Shown here in pieces: positions 15,765 through 25,736 of a DNA stretch of 64,000 bases (positions are counted from its first letter, which is position 1; each line of letters opens with the position of its first letter). The DNA comes from Atopobiaceae bacterium (lineage in GTDB: Bacteria; Actinomycetota; Coriobacteriia; Coriobacteriales; Atopobiaceae), in assembly GCA_030525685.1 (NCBI GenBank), contig JAUNEG010000012.1:289-64288 (forward strand), read 5' to 3'. The position numbers and the translations under genes were made by a program. The notes under the pieces were generated by a model. That model did no database searches, was not told where the DNA came from, and was given only the letters and a program-made list of their open reading frames with translations.

Positions 15765-17450
15765 ATGCCTTCCGGCCGCATCACTCCCGACCATCCGACC
15801 GTACGCATCAACCCCTTTGAAATTCGCTCCTCCTCCCTTCCCGACGAGCAGAAGGAAGCCCTCCTCGCCTTCTGGAGCGAGCAGCAGCTCGCCGAGGAGG
15901 CCGAGCGTCAGGAGAGGGAGCTGGCGTATCAGACGGAGCAGGCCCGCTTCGTCCTGTCCCAGCCCGGCTGGTGCGAGATTCGCGCCGATTGGCTCGACCA
16001 AGCGCGGAACAGGCGGGACAGGAACGAGTGGTGCTTGGACTCCGCTGCAAGGTCATACGTCTACGACGATGACGGCAGGGGATACAGTCTCCTCTCCCTG
16101 CCCGAGGACGTTCCGACAATCCATCAGTTCTACCGTGACCTCTACGGCACCGAGGTGTCCGCCTTCCTGCCCGAGCCCTGCCCCATCCTCGTCAACCACC
16201 GGGACAGGAAGCACCCATATCAGGTCTATGACGACTACGAGACGTTCACAGAGGCCGTCCAGAAGGAGACGTCCTTCATCTACCTCGGGAGATTCTGGGA
16301 GCCGACCCGCAGGGACGGGCTCAGGTTCTCGACGTCAAAGAAGAACGTCATGACGCACATAAGCGGCGTGTGCGTGGACATCGACCGCGTCGAGGACGAC
16401 AAGGGTCAGCACTTCCAAGCGAGATGGGTGATGGAAAGCCTCTTCGAGTTCCTTTGGGAGAACGAGGGTCTTACGCCGAACTATCTCATGCTCTCGGGAA
16501 CGGGCATCCAGCTATGGTACGTGTTCGGCCAGTCCATACCCCTGCTGTCGAAGTCATCCCCGAGGCGTTCCAAGTACGATTCCTTCATCAAACTCCTGTA
16601 CGCCCACTTCGACGAGAGGCTGCCGAAGAACAGGTTCAAGGTCGATAAGGCGTGCGCCGCCTACAACCATGCCTTCCGCGCCCCCGGCTCCCCTTCAAAG
16701 AACGGGTATCCGGCCCGTCTCTTCGTGAGGGAAGGCGCGAGCCGCCCCATGATTGATCCAATCGCCCTTTCCGACCAAATCGGGGCCGAGCTGAAGCCCT
16801 ATGACGTCGGCGATTGGGATTCCGATGGGTTTGCGGCCATGACCGGCAGGAAGGGCGGCGGAAAGTCGCCAGCGAGCGAAAAGCAGCTTGCCTACATCCG
16901 CAAGCTTCACGCCAGGGGGTGCATAGATGACGAGACGTTCGGCAGGGCCGCCGAGATGACCATCGCCGATGCCGACGCTGCCATCAAGGCTGGAGAGAGC
17001 TCGTTCGTGAACGGTCTGCACTGGCGCGAGACGCAGGGAGGGTATGCCGAGACGACCAACGGGCACCGCGTGAAGCTCAGGCCGAGGAGCAGGAAGCTCT
17101 ACGAAAACACGCTCGAAAGGGTGCTCGCCGAGACGAAGCCCGGCTCGCGCTACATGTCGATGTTCGTCTTGGCTGGCCTCGCCTACAACTGCAACGTCTC
17201 GAAATCGTCTCTAGAGCACGACCTGAGAAAGCTCATGGACAGCGACTGGGGGCGCAAGCCGTCGCCGTCCGACGGGCATCCCATAACGATGCGAGACATA
17301 CGCTCGGCCATGAAGGGATACAACCCGATTGGGTGTCTGAGGAGCAGGGAGATAATCGAGGGGCTTGTCGGCTGGTCGTTCGGCCCGTCGGCGAAGCGCA
17401 ACGGCAGGTTGCGTTTCGGTTGCGGCGGGAACGTCCGCCTGGGGGCCTAG
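15765..17450 (+). pseudogene. Replication initiator rep2, interrupted at 17403; last 15 codons are host-derived
   Basis: CVDID, LSGTGIQLWY, FRAPGS, PGSRYMSM; similarity to rep1 ends at KRN and the HTH tail lies at 5012-5278. Confidence 0.75.
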
Positions 17451-18322
17451 CCGAAGAGGCTCAGGCGTGCGAGGGAGCGCCGGCAGGAGGAGAGGTCGAG
17501 CCCGCCGGGGCGGCGCAGCGACGAGAAGCAGATGGGGACCGACAGGCCGTCGCTCTTCGCAAGCGGGCGCATGACGAAGCCCTCGGGCGCCCCGGTGACG
17601 TTGCCGACGAAGATGAACGAGTAGCCCCTGTCCACGATGGAGGGGTCGAAGGACGGGCCCTCCGGGGCAAGGTCCACGACCTCGGAGCGCAGGCCCCGCC
17701 TGACGTACTCGTCGACCACGGCGTGCGCGTAGTGCTCGAAGCCCACCGGTCGGAGCACGGGATAGTCCGCGAGGTCGTCGAGCGTGAGGACGTCCTTGCC
17801 GGCAAGAGGGTGGCCCGTGGAGACGAGCACGTCGGAGGAGACGGTGCCGAGCTGACCGCACGCCACGTCGTCCGCCTCGAGCGGCCCCATGGTGATGAGG
17901 GCGTCCTCGCGCCCTGAGCGCAGCGCGTCGAGCGCGTCCACGCAGGGCGTCAGCTCGACGTCGACCTGACGGCCGAGGATCTTGCTCGTCACTGCTGAGA
18001 TGAGGCGGACGAGCCGGTCGATGCCCGGATACTCCAGGTAGCAGAAGCCCAGGCGGAAGGGGATCGCGGGGGCGCTCGCGAAGCGCTCGAGCGCGTCCCA
18101 CTCGTCGAGCACCCGATGGGCGCGCGTCGCGAAGGCGCGGCAGAGCGGGGTGGGCGTGACGCCCGCGCTGCGACGCTCGAAGAGGGGCTCGCCGAGCACG
18201 CCCTCGAGCTCCGCCATGGCCTTGGAGACCGCCTGCACGGAGACGCCCTCCCGCGCGGCGGCGGCGGAGAAGCTCCCCAGGTCCACGATGGCGCAGACGT
18301 ATCTGACCTGCTTGATGTTCAT
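17447..18322 (-). CDS. LysR-family transcriptional regulator
   Basis: MNIKQVRYVCAIVDLGSFSAAA...VSVQAVSKAMAELE...LFER. Confidence 0.9.
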   Translation of the reverse strand: MNIKQVRYVCAIVDLGSFSAAAAREGVSVQAVSKAMAELEGVLGEPLFERRSAGVTPTPLCRAFATRAHRVLDEWDALERFASAPAIPFRLGFCYLEYPGIDRLVRLISAVTSKILGRQVDVELTPCVDALDALRSGREDALITMGPLEADDVACGQLGTVSSDVLVSTGHPLAGKDVLTLDDLADYPVLRPVGFEHYAHAVVDEYVRRGLRSEVVDLAPEGPSFDPSIVDRGYSFIFVGNVTGAPEGFVMRPLAKSDGLSVPICFSSLRRPGGLDLSSCRRSLARLSLFG

Positions 18323-18596
18323 GACCCCCCCCCGGCACTCTCTTGCCCTAGATTCTTTTAATGGTTGCACATGGCCGATGGTTAACCTTTGGTAACCGCT
18401 ACCGTTAACGCACGGTTGAACGTAGCGGCGTGCGTTCGGCGAAGCCGGAGTACGCTCACGGGATTTGCCGGGCGCGCGGGCGTCAGGCGTCCTACAATGC
18501 CGATGGATGTGAGAACGTTTCCAGTCAGAAAGGCACCCAGCACATGGCGCACGAGAAGAACGTCGCGCCCGCGCCGCAGGGCCCGCGCCGCGCCCG

Positions 18597-18947
18597 TCAG
18601 CCGCTCGCCCGCTCGGCCTTGAGCTGCTCGACCGTGACCTCGCTGGAGTCGGGCGCCGCCTCCTGCAGACCGTCGAGCCAGGTGTTCCACAGCGGCACGG
18701 CGCTGCCGCCGTGGAGCACCATCACGGACATCGCCGCGTCGTCGAGCATCTGCTGGACGGTGCCGTTGGCGCCGGCCACGGAGCTGCTGATCGCGGAGGC
18801 GATCTTGGACATGGTGATCCCGTGGTCGGCGTCCCCGAAGCGCGAGTCTATCTCGGTCAGCTCGGCCTCGGCCGAGATGACCTCCATGCAGCCGTGAAGC
18901 AGCCGCGCCGCCGGGGCGGCGATCTCCCGCCACGCGCACCGCGTGCG
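18597..18947 (-). pseudogene. dhaL: Truncated dihydroxyacetone kinase L subunit
   Basis: LTEIDSRFGDADHG and GGSAVPLW motifs; about 100 codons only; upstream in-frame stop. Confidence 0.7.
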
Positions 18948-18983
18948 CTACACTAGGGGCATAACAGGGAGGTTAACGTTAAC

Positions 18984-19967
18984 ATGGACATCAACCAGAT
19001 CGCCCAGATGGCGGGCGTGTCCCGCGCAACCGTCTCACGCTACCTGAACGACGGCTACGTCAGCCAGGAGAAGCGCGCCGCCATCCGCCGCGTCATCGAG
19101 AAGACCGGCTACGTGCCCTCCCGCCAGGCAAAGTCCCTGCGCACCGGCAAGACCGACGTCGTGGGCGTCATCATCCCCAAGATCAACTCCGCCTCGGTCA
19201 GCCGGATGGTCGCGGGCATCACCCTCGTCCTCAACGAGGCCGGCTACCAGGTCCTTCTCGCCAACACGGACAACGACGCCGCGCGCGAGGTGGACTACCT
19301 GCGCCTGTTCTCCGAGAAGAGCCAGGTGGACGGCGTCATCCTCATCGCCACCGTCATCACGCCCGAGCACCGCGAGGCCATCGCGGGCCTGCCCGTGCCG
19401 GCCGTGGTGCTCGACCAGGACGTCGACGTCTGCTCCTGCGTCTACCAGGACGACTACGCGGCCATGCGCGAGGTCGCCGCGGTCGCGCTCAGGACGGCGA
19501 CTCACCCCGCCTACATCGGCGTCTTCGAGGAGGGCGCCGCCGTCGGCCAGATGCGCCGCAGGGGGTTCCTCGCGGCGTGCGCCGACGCCGGCCTCGAGGT
19601 GCCCGAGCGGGCCCTGCGCATCGCGGAGTTCTCCGTCGACTCCGGCTACGAGCAGGCAGAGGCGCTGCTCGGGGACTGCCCCGAGCTCGACGCCATCGTC
19701 TGCGCCACCGACTCGATCGCCTACGGCGCCCTCACCTGCCTGCGCGAGTACGGTCGGCGCGTCCCCGAGGACGTCGTCGTGACCGGCGTGGGCGACTCCG
19801 AGATCTCGCAGATCGTCACGCCCACGCTCACCACGGTCCATAACCACTACAAGACCTCCGGCGCCGAGACGGCGCGCATGCTCGTGGGCTTCATGTCGGG
19901 CGAGGAGAACGTTCCGCGCAAGGTCAAGATGGGCTACGAGGTCGTGACGAGGAACTCCACCCGCTAG
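18984..19967 (+). CDS. LacI-family transcriptional regulator (ScrR-like)
   Basis: MDINQIAQMAGVSRATVSRYLN HTH; palindrome GTTAACGTTAAC abuts the start codon. Confidence 0.9.
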   Translation: MDINQIAQMAGVSRATVSRYLNDGYVSQEKRAAIRRVIEKTGYVPSRQAKSLRTGKTDVVGVIIPKINSASVSRMVAGITLVLNEAGYQVLLANTDNDAAREVDYLRLFSEKSQVDGVILIATVITPEHREAIAGLPVPAVVLDQDVDVCSCVYQDDYAAMREVAAVALRTATHPAYIGVFEEGAAVGQMRRRGFLAACADAGLEVPERALRIAEFSVDSGYEQAEALLGDCPELDAIVCATDSIAYGALTCLREYGRRVPEDVVVTGVGDSEISQIVTPTLTTVHNHYKTSGAETARMLVGFMSGEENVPRKVKMGYEVVTRNSTR

Positions 19968-20114
19968 CCTCCCGACCGCCGAACCGTTTGCCGAGAAGAA
20001 CAGCGCAGTCGCAACTCAAGCGCCCTACTGGGTGTGGAATCGATTTCGCAACGCATGCAACCGAAAGGACCCCGCGATGCCGGAGCGCGCCGAGGTCGAG
20101 GCGCTTCTCGGCGT

Positions 20115-20627
20115 CTAGGCGCCCAGCGCGGCGAGAAGGGCCGCGCGCCAGCACCCGGCGAGGCGCTCCGCCGACCACGCCGCGTTCGCCGGGCTCGTCG
20201 ACGGCAGCACCTCGGCGGGAAGGCCCGTGACGGGCTCGAGCCACCGCCGGTAGAGGCGCCCCGCGGTGCCCCCGTTGCAGAGCACGGCGCCGATCGGCGC
20301 CACGCGCGTTATTCTCGCCACGTCGGCAGGGACCACGTTCCTGATGGAGGCGTCGCTCGACCCGCGGACGTCGCAGGACTCGATCACGTCCCAGAGCGCG
20401 ACGCCGCGCCGCAGCAGCAGCTCTCGCTTTGCCCCGATGTCCCCGGGCGCGGGCTCCGCCTCCCCCAGCGCCTCCGCTACGACGCGCCAGAAGCGGTTGC
20501 GCGGGTTGCCGTAGTAGAAGCGGTTCTCGCGCGAGAGCACCGAGGGGAACGAGCCCAGCACCAGCACGCGGCTGCGCTCGTCGAAGATGGGCTCGAAGCC
20601 GTTGGCTATGTGCTGATAGTCGGCCAT
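20115..20627 (-). CDS. DNA-deoxyinosine glycosylase (UDG family)
   Basis: LVLGSFPS, FYYGNPRNRFW, ALWDVI, LPSTSPANA. Confidence 0.85.
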   Translation of the reverse strand: MADYQHIANGFEPIFDERSRVLVLGSFPSVLSRENRFYYGNPRNRFWRVVAEALGEAEPAPGDIGAKRELLLRRGVALWDVIESCDVRGSSDASIRNVVPADVARITRVAPIGAVLCNGGTAGRLYRRWLEPVTGLPAEVLPSTSPANAAWSAERLAGCWRAALLAALGA

Positions 20628-20757
20628 GCCGCTCATGGTATCCCAGCTACCGCCCGCCGGAGACGGGGCGGCGTTTGGCGATGCAAATTCACCAAAGCGA
20701 CCCGCATGAGCGTAGCTTATGCTAGTGGGCAGCCACCTCGACCCCCGAGAGGACGTC

Positions 20758-21012
20758 ATGCTCGAGATTCCGTGTCACATAACCGATTCCCTGGGGCTGC
20801 ACGTGCAGCTCGCGGTCCTCCTGTCCAGCGAGGCCCAGCGCTGGCGCAGCCGCGTGACGCTCGAGCACGCGGGACGCACGGTGGGCGTGACGCAGCCCAT
20901 GGAGCTCATGATGCTCGGAATCCGCAGCGGCGAGCACATCGTCGTTCGTGTGGAGGGGCCCGACGAGGCCACCGCCGCCGAGGCGCTCCGCAAGATCATG
21001 GCAACGTTCTAG
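20758..21012 (+). CDS. Divergent HPr-family protein
   Basis: GLH motif retained, LGIRSGEHIVVRVEGPDE; 84 aa. Confidence 0.8.
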   Translation: MLEIPCHITDSLGLHVQLAVLLSSEAQRWRSRVTLEHAGRTVGVTQPMELMMLGIRSGEHIVVRVEGPDEATAAEALRKIMATF

Positions 21013-21031
21013 GCGGCGCGGCGCGCGGGCG

Positions 21032-21781
21032 CTACCGTACGATCTCGCTCAGCGCCACGCGCACAGCCTCGTCCTCGTCGTCGGTCACCATGACGAGCTC
21101 CGGGTCGAGCGGCGAGATGTTGCCCTCCTCGAGCACGGTGCCCTCGAGCCAGCCCATGAGGCCGCGCCAGTACTCGGTGCCGAAGAGGACCACGGGCGTG
21201 CGGGCGACCTTGTGCGTCTGCACGAGCGTGAGCAGCTCGAAGGCCTCGTCGAGCGTGCCGAACCCGCCCGGGAAGATGATGGCGCCGCGCGAGTACTTCA
21301 CGAACATGGTCTTGCGCACGAAGAAGTAGCGGAAGGTCATGCCCAGGTTAACCCACTTGTTGATGCCCTGCTCGTGCGGGAGCTCGATGCCCAGGCCCAC
21401 GGACTTGCCGCCTGCCTTGGCCGCGCCGCAGTTGGCGGCCTCCATGATGCCCGGGCCGCCGCCCGTGATCACGGCGACGCCCGCGTCGGCCAGCTTGCGG
21501 CCCACGTGGCGCGCGGCACGATACATCGGGTCCGTGCGCGGCGTGCGCGCCGAGCCGAAGACGCTCACCGCCAGCCCCAGCTCCGCGAGCGCGCCGAAGC
21601 CGTCCACGAACTCGGCCTGGATGCGCAGGACGCGCCACGGGTCCATGTGCAGCCAGTCGGTGTCCGCCTCGGGCGCGAGGAGGTTGCCCGTCGTGGTGTC
21701 CGACGGGATCATCGGCCCGCGCAGGATCACGGGTCCGCGGTGATAGGTGGCGTCGAACGCCTCGTCCTTCTCGTCTGCCAT
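21032..21781 (-). CDS. LOG-family (TIGR00730-type) protein
   Basis: SVFGSAR, TGGGPGIMEA, FFVRK, PGGFGTLDE. Confidence 0.9.
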   Translation of the reverse strand: MADEKDEAFDATYHRGPVILRGPMIPSDTTTGNLLAPEADTDWLHMDPWRVLRIQAEFVDGFGALAELGLAVSVFGSARTPRTDPMYRAARHVGRKLADAGVAVITGGGPGIMEAANCGAAKAGGKSVGLGIELPHEQGINKWVNLGMTFRYFFVRKTMFVKYSRGAIIFPGGFGTLDEAFELLTLVQTHKVARTPVVLFGTEYWRGLMGWLEGTVLEEGNISPLDPELVMVTDDEDEAVRVALSEIVR

Positions 21782-22057
21782 GGTCTCTCCTTTGGTCAGT
21801 GCCGCCCATGATAGGCGGTCAGCGTCAGCGGCACGTAAACGGTTCCTAGGCACTGTGTACCCACTTGGGGCGCTCCCGCTCGCGTCGGCGCCCTCCTCTC
21901 GGCCCCGGCGACCGCGCCCTCTCGCGGGTATGCGCACAGTTCAGACTTTGATTCTCAGCCAACCGCGTCGTCTACCTGCGGAAACACAAACCATGGACAA
22001 ATATCAAAGTTACATCAGTGTACATACCCGAAACAGGGGGCGCCCAGGGCGCGATCC

Positions 22058-24412
22058 CTACCCCAGGCCGAGGGCCATCCCCGCCAGGCGCACCGCGAGC
22101 GCGACGACCCACGCCACGCCGCACTGCATGGCGACCACGGCCCACATCATGCGCGTCCCCAGCTCGGCCTTCACCGCGGAAACTGCGGCCACGCACGGCG
22201 TGTAGAGCAGCGTGAACGTGAGGAACACAAACGCCGTGAGCGGCGAGAAGAGCTCGGGCAGCCCCGCGGTGGAGCCGCCCATGAGGACCGTCAGCGTGGC
22301 GACGACGTTCTCCTTGGCGCCGAAGCCCGCCGCCAGGGCCGCCGCCGCGCGCCAGTTGCCAAAGCCGAGCGGCGCGAAGAGCGGCGCCAGCAGGGCGCCG
22401 AGCGCGGCGAGCATGCTCTGGGACTGGTCGGACACCACGTCGAGGCGCACGTCGAAGGTCTGCATGAACCAGATCGCCACGCTCGCCACGAAGATGATCG
22501 TGAACGCCTTGGTGGCGAAGCCCTTGGCCTTGTCCCAGGCCAGGCGCGCCACGGTGCGCGGCGCGGGCATGCGGTAGTTGGGGAGCTCCATCACGAAGGG
22601 CACCGGGTCGCCCCTGAAGGCAGTCCCCTTGAGCACGAGCGCCACGAGGATGCCCACCACGATGCCCATGAGGTAGAGGGCGATCATGACGAGCGGCGCG
22701 CACTCCGGGAAGAACGCGGCCGAGAAGAGCGCGTAGACCGGCACCTTGGCCGAGCAGCTCATGAACGGCGTGAGCATGACGGTCATCTTGCGGTCATGCT
22801 CGGAGGGCAGGGTGCGCGTCGCCATGATCGCGGGGACCGAGCAGCCGAAGCCGATGAGCATCGGCACGAAGCTGCGGCCGGAGAGGCCCAGGCGCCGCAG
22901 CAGCTTGTCCATCACAAAGGCCACGCGCGCCATGTAGCCAGAGTCCTCGAGGATCGAAAGCAGGATGAAAAGCACCACGATGATCGGCAGGAAGGAGAGC
23001 ACGCTGCCCACGCCGGCAAAGATGCCGTCGATCACGAGGCTGTGCACCACGGGGTTGAGCTCGAAGGCCGTGAGCGCGGCGTCGACCTGCGCCGTCACCC
23101 AGTCGATGCCGGCGGCGAGAAGGTCGGAGAGCCGCTGGCCCACCACGTCGAAGGTGAGCCAGAAGACGAGCGCCATGATGGCGACGAACACCGGGATGGC
23201 GGTGTAGCGGCCCGTGAGGATGCGGTCGGCCGCCACCGAGCGTGCGTGCTCGCGGCTCTCGTGCGGCTTGACCACGCACTCGGCGCAGACGCCCTCGATG
23301 AACGAGAAGCGCATGTCCGCGAGGGCCGCCATGCGGTCGCGCCCGCTCTCCCCCTCCATCTGGCAGATGATGTGCTCCACGGCGTCGAGCTCGTTCTGGT
23401 CCAGCCCGAGGGTGTCCATGACAAGGCGGTCGCCCTCGATGAGCTTGGTCGCGGCAAAGCGCACCGGCAGGTTGGCCGCGACGGCGTGGTCCTCGATGAT
23501 GTGGCCGATGCCGTGGATGCAGCGGTGCAGGGCGCCGTGGTCGGGGCCCTCCGGCGCACAGAAGTCCACGCGCCCCGGGTGCTCGCGGAAGCGCGCCACG
23601 TGCAGCACGTGCTCCACGAGCTCTGAGATGCCCTCCTCGCGCGCCGCGGAGATGGGCACCACGGGGATGCCGAGCGCGGCCTCCAGGCGGTTCACGCTCA
23701 CCGTGCCGCCGTTGGCCGTGAGCTCGTCCATCATGTTGAGCGCAAGGACCATCGGCCGGTCGAGCTCCATGAGCTGGAGCGTCAGGTAGAGGTTGCGCTC
23801 GATGTTGGTGGCGTCCACGATGTCGATGATCGCGTCCGGGTCGTCCTCGAGGATGAAGCGGCGGCTCACCACCTCCTCGCTCGTGTAGGGGCTGAGCGAG
23901 TAGATGCCCGGCAGGTCCGTGACCGTGGCCTCGGGGTGGCCCTTGATCTGCCCGTCCTTGCGGTCGACGGTCACGCCCGGGAAGTTGCCCACGTGCTGGT
24001 TCGACCCCGTGAGCGCGTTGAAGAGCGTGGTCTTGCCGCAGTTCTGGTTGCCCGCCAGCGCCAGCTTGAGCGGGCGTCCCTCGGGAATCGCCGTGCCGGC
24101 CGCGCGCGGCGCGTACCTCTCGCCGATGGCGGGGTGCTCTGCGGCCTCCAGGCGCTCGCGGCCGCGCGGGGCGTCGTGCATGTCGTGCACCTGCGTGAGC
24201 GCGATGTGCGCGGCGTCGTCGCGACGCAGGGTGAGCTCGTAGCCGCGCAGGCGGATCTCCAGCGGGTCGCCCATGGGGGCGCGCTTCATGAGCGTGACCT
24301 CCACGCCGGGTGTGAGCCCCATGTCGAGGATGTGCTGGCGCAGCGACGGCTCGTCGCAGTCCACCGACGCGACGACGGCGTCCTTGCCGATCTCCAGCTC
24401 GTCCAGGTTCAC
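22058..24412 (-). CDS. feoB: Ferrous iron transporter, FeoA-FeoB fusion
   Basis: N-terminal FeoA (MGLTPG...APMGDP), then GNQNCGKTTLFN, VGNFPGVTV, DLPG and membrane domain. Confidence 0.95.
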   Translation of the reverse strand: MNLDELEIGKDAVVASVDCDEPSLRQHILDMGLTPGVEVTLMKRAPMGDPLEIRLRGYELTLRRDDAAHIALTQVHDMHDAPRGRERLEAAEHPAIGERYAPRAAGTAIPEGRPLKLALAGNQNCGKTTLFNALTGSNQHVGNFPGVTVDRKDGQIKGHPEATVTDLPGIYSLSPYTSEEVVSRRFILEDDPDAIIDIVDATNIERNLYLTLQLMELDRPMVLALNMMDELTANGGTVSVNRLEAALGIPVVPISAAREEGISELVEHVLHVARFREHPGRVDFCAPEGPDHGALHRCIHGIGHIIEDHAVAANLPVRFAATKLIEGDRLVMDTLGLDQNELDAVEHIICQMEGESGRDRMAALADMRFSFIEGVCAECVVKPHESREHARSVAADRILTGRYTAIPVFVAIMALVFWLTFDVVGQRLSDLLAAGIDWVTAQVDAALTAFELNPVVHSLVIDGIFAGVGSVLSFLPIIVVLFILLSILEDSGYMARVAFVMDKLLRRLGLSGRSFVPMLIGFGCSVPAIMATRTLPSEHDRKMTVMLTPFMSCSAKVPVYALFSAAFFPECAPLVMIALYLMGIVVGILVALVLKGTAFRGDPVPFVMELPNYRMPAPRTVARLAWDKAKGFATKAFTIIFVASVAIWFMQTFDVRLDVVSDQSQSMLAALGALLAPLFAPLGFGNWRAAAALAAGFGAKENVVATLTVLMGGSTAGLPELFSPLTAFVFLTFTLLYTPCVAAVSAVKAELGTRMMWAVVAMQCGVAWVVALAVRLAGMALGLG

Positions 24413-24476
24413 GCATGCCCTTCCTCACGGCTTGTACGCACGCCATTGTAGCCCGAGGCGCACGGCGGCGTTTGCC

Positions 24477-24702
24477 GTGTCCCAGAATCGTCGGCCTTCC
24501 CGGCCTGTGCGGGGACGGCGTCCTGGAATCGCCGAGCTTCTCGCCAAGCGGCGCCCGTCTGTCCCGGAATCGCCGACCTTCTCGGCCGTGCGTCCGGGAA
24601 TCGCGGGGTTTCCCGCGCAAGATGCGTCTGACATCGGAGAAGGTCGCCAATTCTCGGACGCAACGAACCGCCGATGCGGGAACCTCCCGATTTCCGGGAC
24701 AG
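24477..24702. repeat. Intergenic element family B, copy 1
   Basis: 23-bp motif like GTCCCGGAATCGCCGACCTTC, forward at 24477, 24518, 24559, 24590 and reverse at 24639, 24680. Confidence 0.8.
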
Positions 24703-24733
24703 CAGACGCCGAGAAGAACGAGCCGCCGCGCCC

Positions 24734-25588
24734 CTACGCGCGGGCGAGGAAGGCGACGCCGAGGGCACCGGGGCCGCAGTGCGAGGTGATGACGTTGCCG
24801 GTCTCGTACCACTCCGCGCGCTCGAAGCCCAGGTCGCGGGCGTGGCCCTCCACCGTCTGGACGACCTGCTCGGGCAGGCCCGGCGACTTCACGAACACGA
24901 TGCGCGACGGGTCGAACTCCTCGCGCAGCGCCAGGTAGTCGACAAGCGCGACGGCGGCCGAGGACATGGAGCCGCGCAGCTTCTTGGTGGCCACGAGCTT
25001 GCCGTCCACGAGCTCGACCACGGGCTTGATCTTGAGGAGCGTGGCCCCGAGGAACGCCACGTTGGAGAGACGCCCGCCGGCGCGCAGGTACCCCAGGTCG
25101 CCGGGGAGAAACGCCATGCGGGTCCGCGCGGCGACGTCCTCGGCGTGGGCACGGGCCTCGTCGAGGGTGGCCTCGGGATGGGCGGCGAGCCAGGCAGCGA
25201 GCTCGCGCACGACGAGGCCCTGCCCGATCGTGACGTGGCGGGTGTCGAGCGTCGCCACGTAGTCGCGCCCCTCGGCCGCCGCCTCGGCGGACGCGAGCGA
25301 GCAGGTCGTGACGGCGGAGTAGGCGACGTGCAGAATCTGCGCCTCGGGGTCCTCGGCATGGATGCGGTCGAACACGACCTGGAAGTCGTGAGGGGTGCAG
25401 CCGCTCGTCTTGGGCAGCACGCCGAGCTGGCGGCACTGCTCGAGCATCTCCGCGGGGGTGAGCTCGCCGTCGTCGATGGTCTTCTCGCCTATGGTCACGT
25501 GCATCGGGACGAGCACGACGCCCAGCTCTGCCGCCTCGGCGGGGGTGACGTCGCATCCGGTCTCGGCTGTGATCACGATCTTTGGCAT
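24734..25588 (-). CDS. DegV-family fatty acid-binding protein
   Basis: VITAETGCD, PKTSG, GGRLS, SHCGPGA. Confidence 0.9.
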   Translation of the reverse strand: MPKIVITAETGCDVTPAEAAELGVVLVPMHVTIGEKTIDDGELTPAEMLEQCRQLGVLPKTSGCTPHDFQVVFDRIHAEDPEAQILHVAYSAVTTCSLASAEAAAEGRDYVATLDTRHVTIGQGLVVRELAAWLAAHPEATLDEARAHAEDVAARTRMAFLPGDLGYLRAGGRLSNVAFLGATLLKIKPVVELVDGKLVATKKLRGSMSSAAVALVDYLALREEFDPSRIVFVKSPGLPEQVVQTVEGHARDLGFERAEWYETGNVITSHCGPGALGVAFLARA

Positions 25589-25736
25589 GAGCTCCTCCCA
25601 GGTCGCAGACATATGCACATTTTAGCCGGATGCCCTGCTTCTCGCTCGCGGGCTTTCCGCAGATGCGACACAACTTTGATTCGAAAATGTGCGATGCTTG
25701 AGGGCCAGAGCGACATCCGAGGGAGAGGGAGGGGAC

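Larger units (their letters stand above)
5011..17403. mobile_element. Integrated plasmid-like element (probable two-replicon cointegrate), 12,385-bp unit
   Basis: 8-bp direct repeat GCGCAACG at 5011-5018 and 17396-17403; two rep genes, parA/RHH pair, several TA pairs and AT-richer cargo; flanks revert to host-type genes. Confidence 0.85.

Noticed and set aside
24477-24702. CRISPR array interpretation of family A and B repeats
   Set aside because: Repeats are degenerate, spacers are only about 8-18 bp, orientations are mixed, and there are no cas genes in the window.
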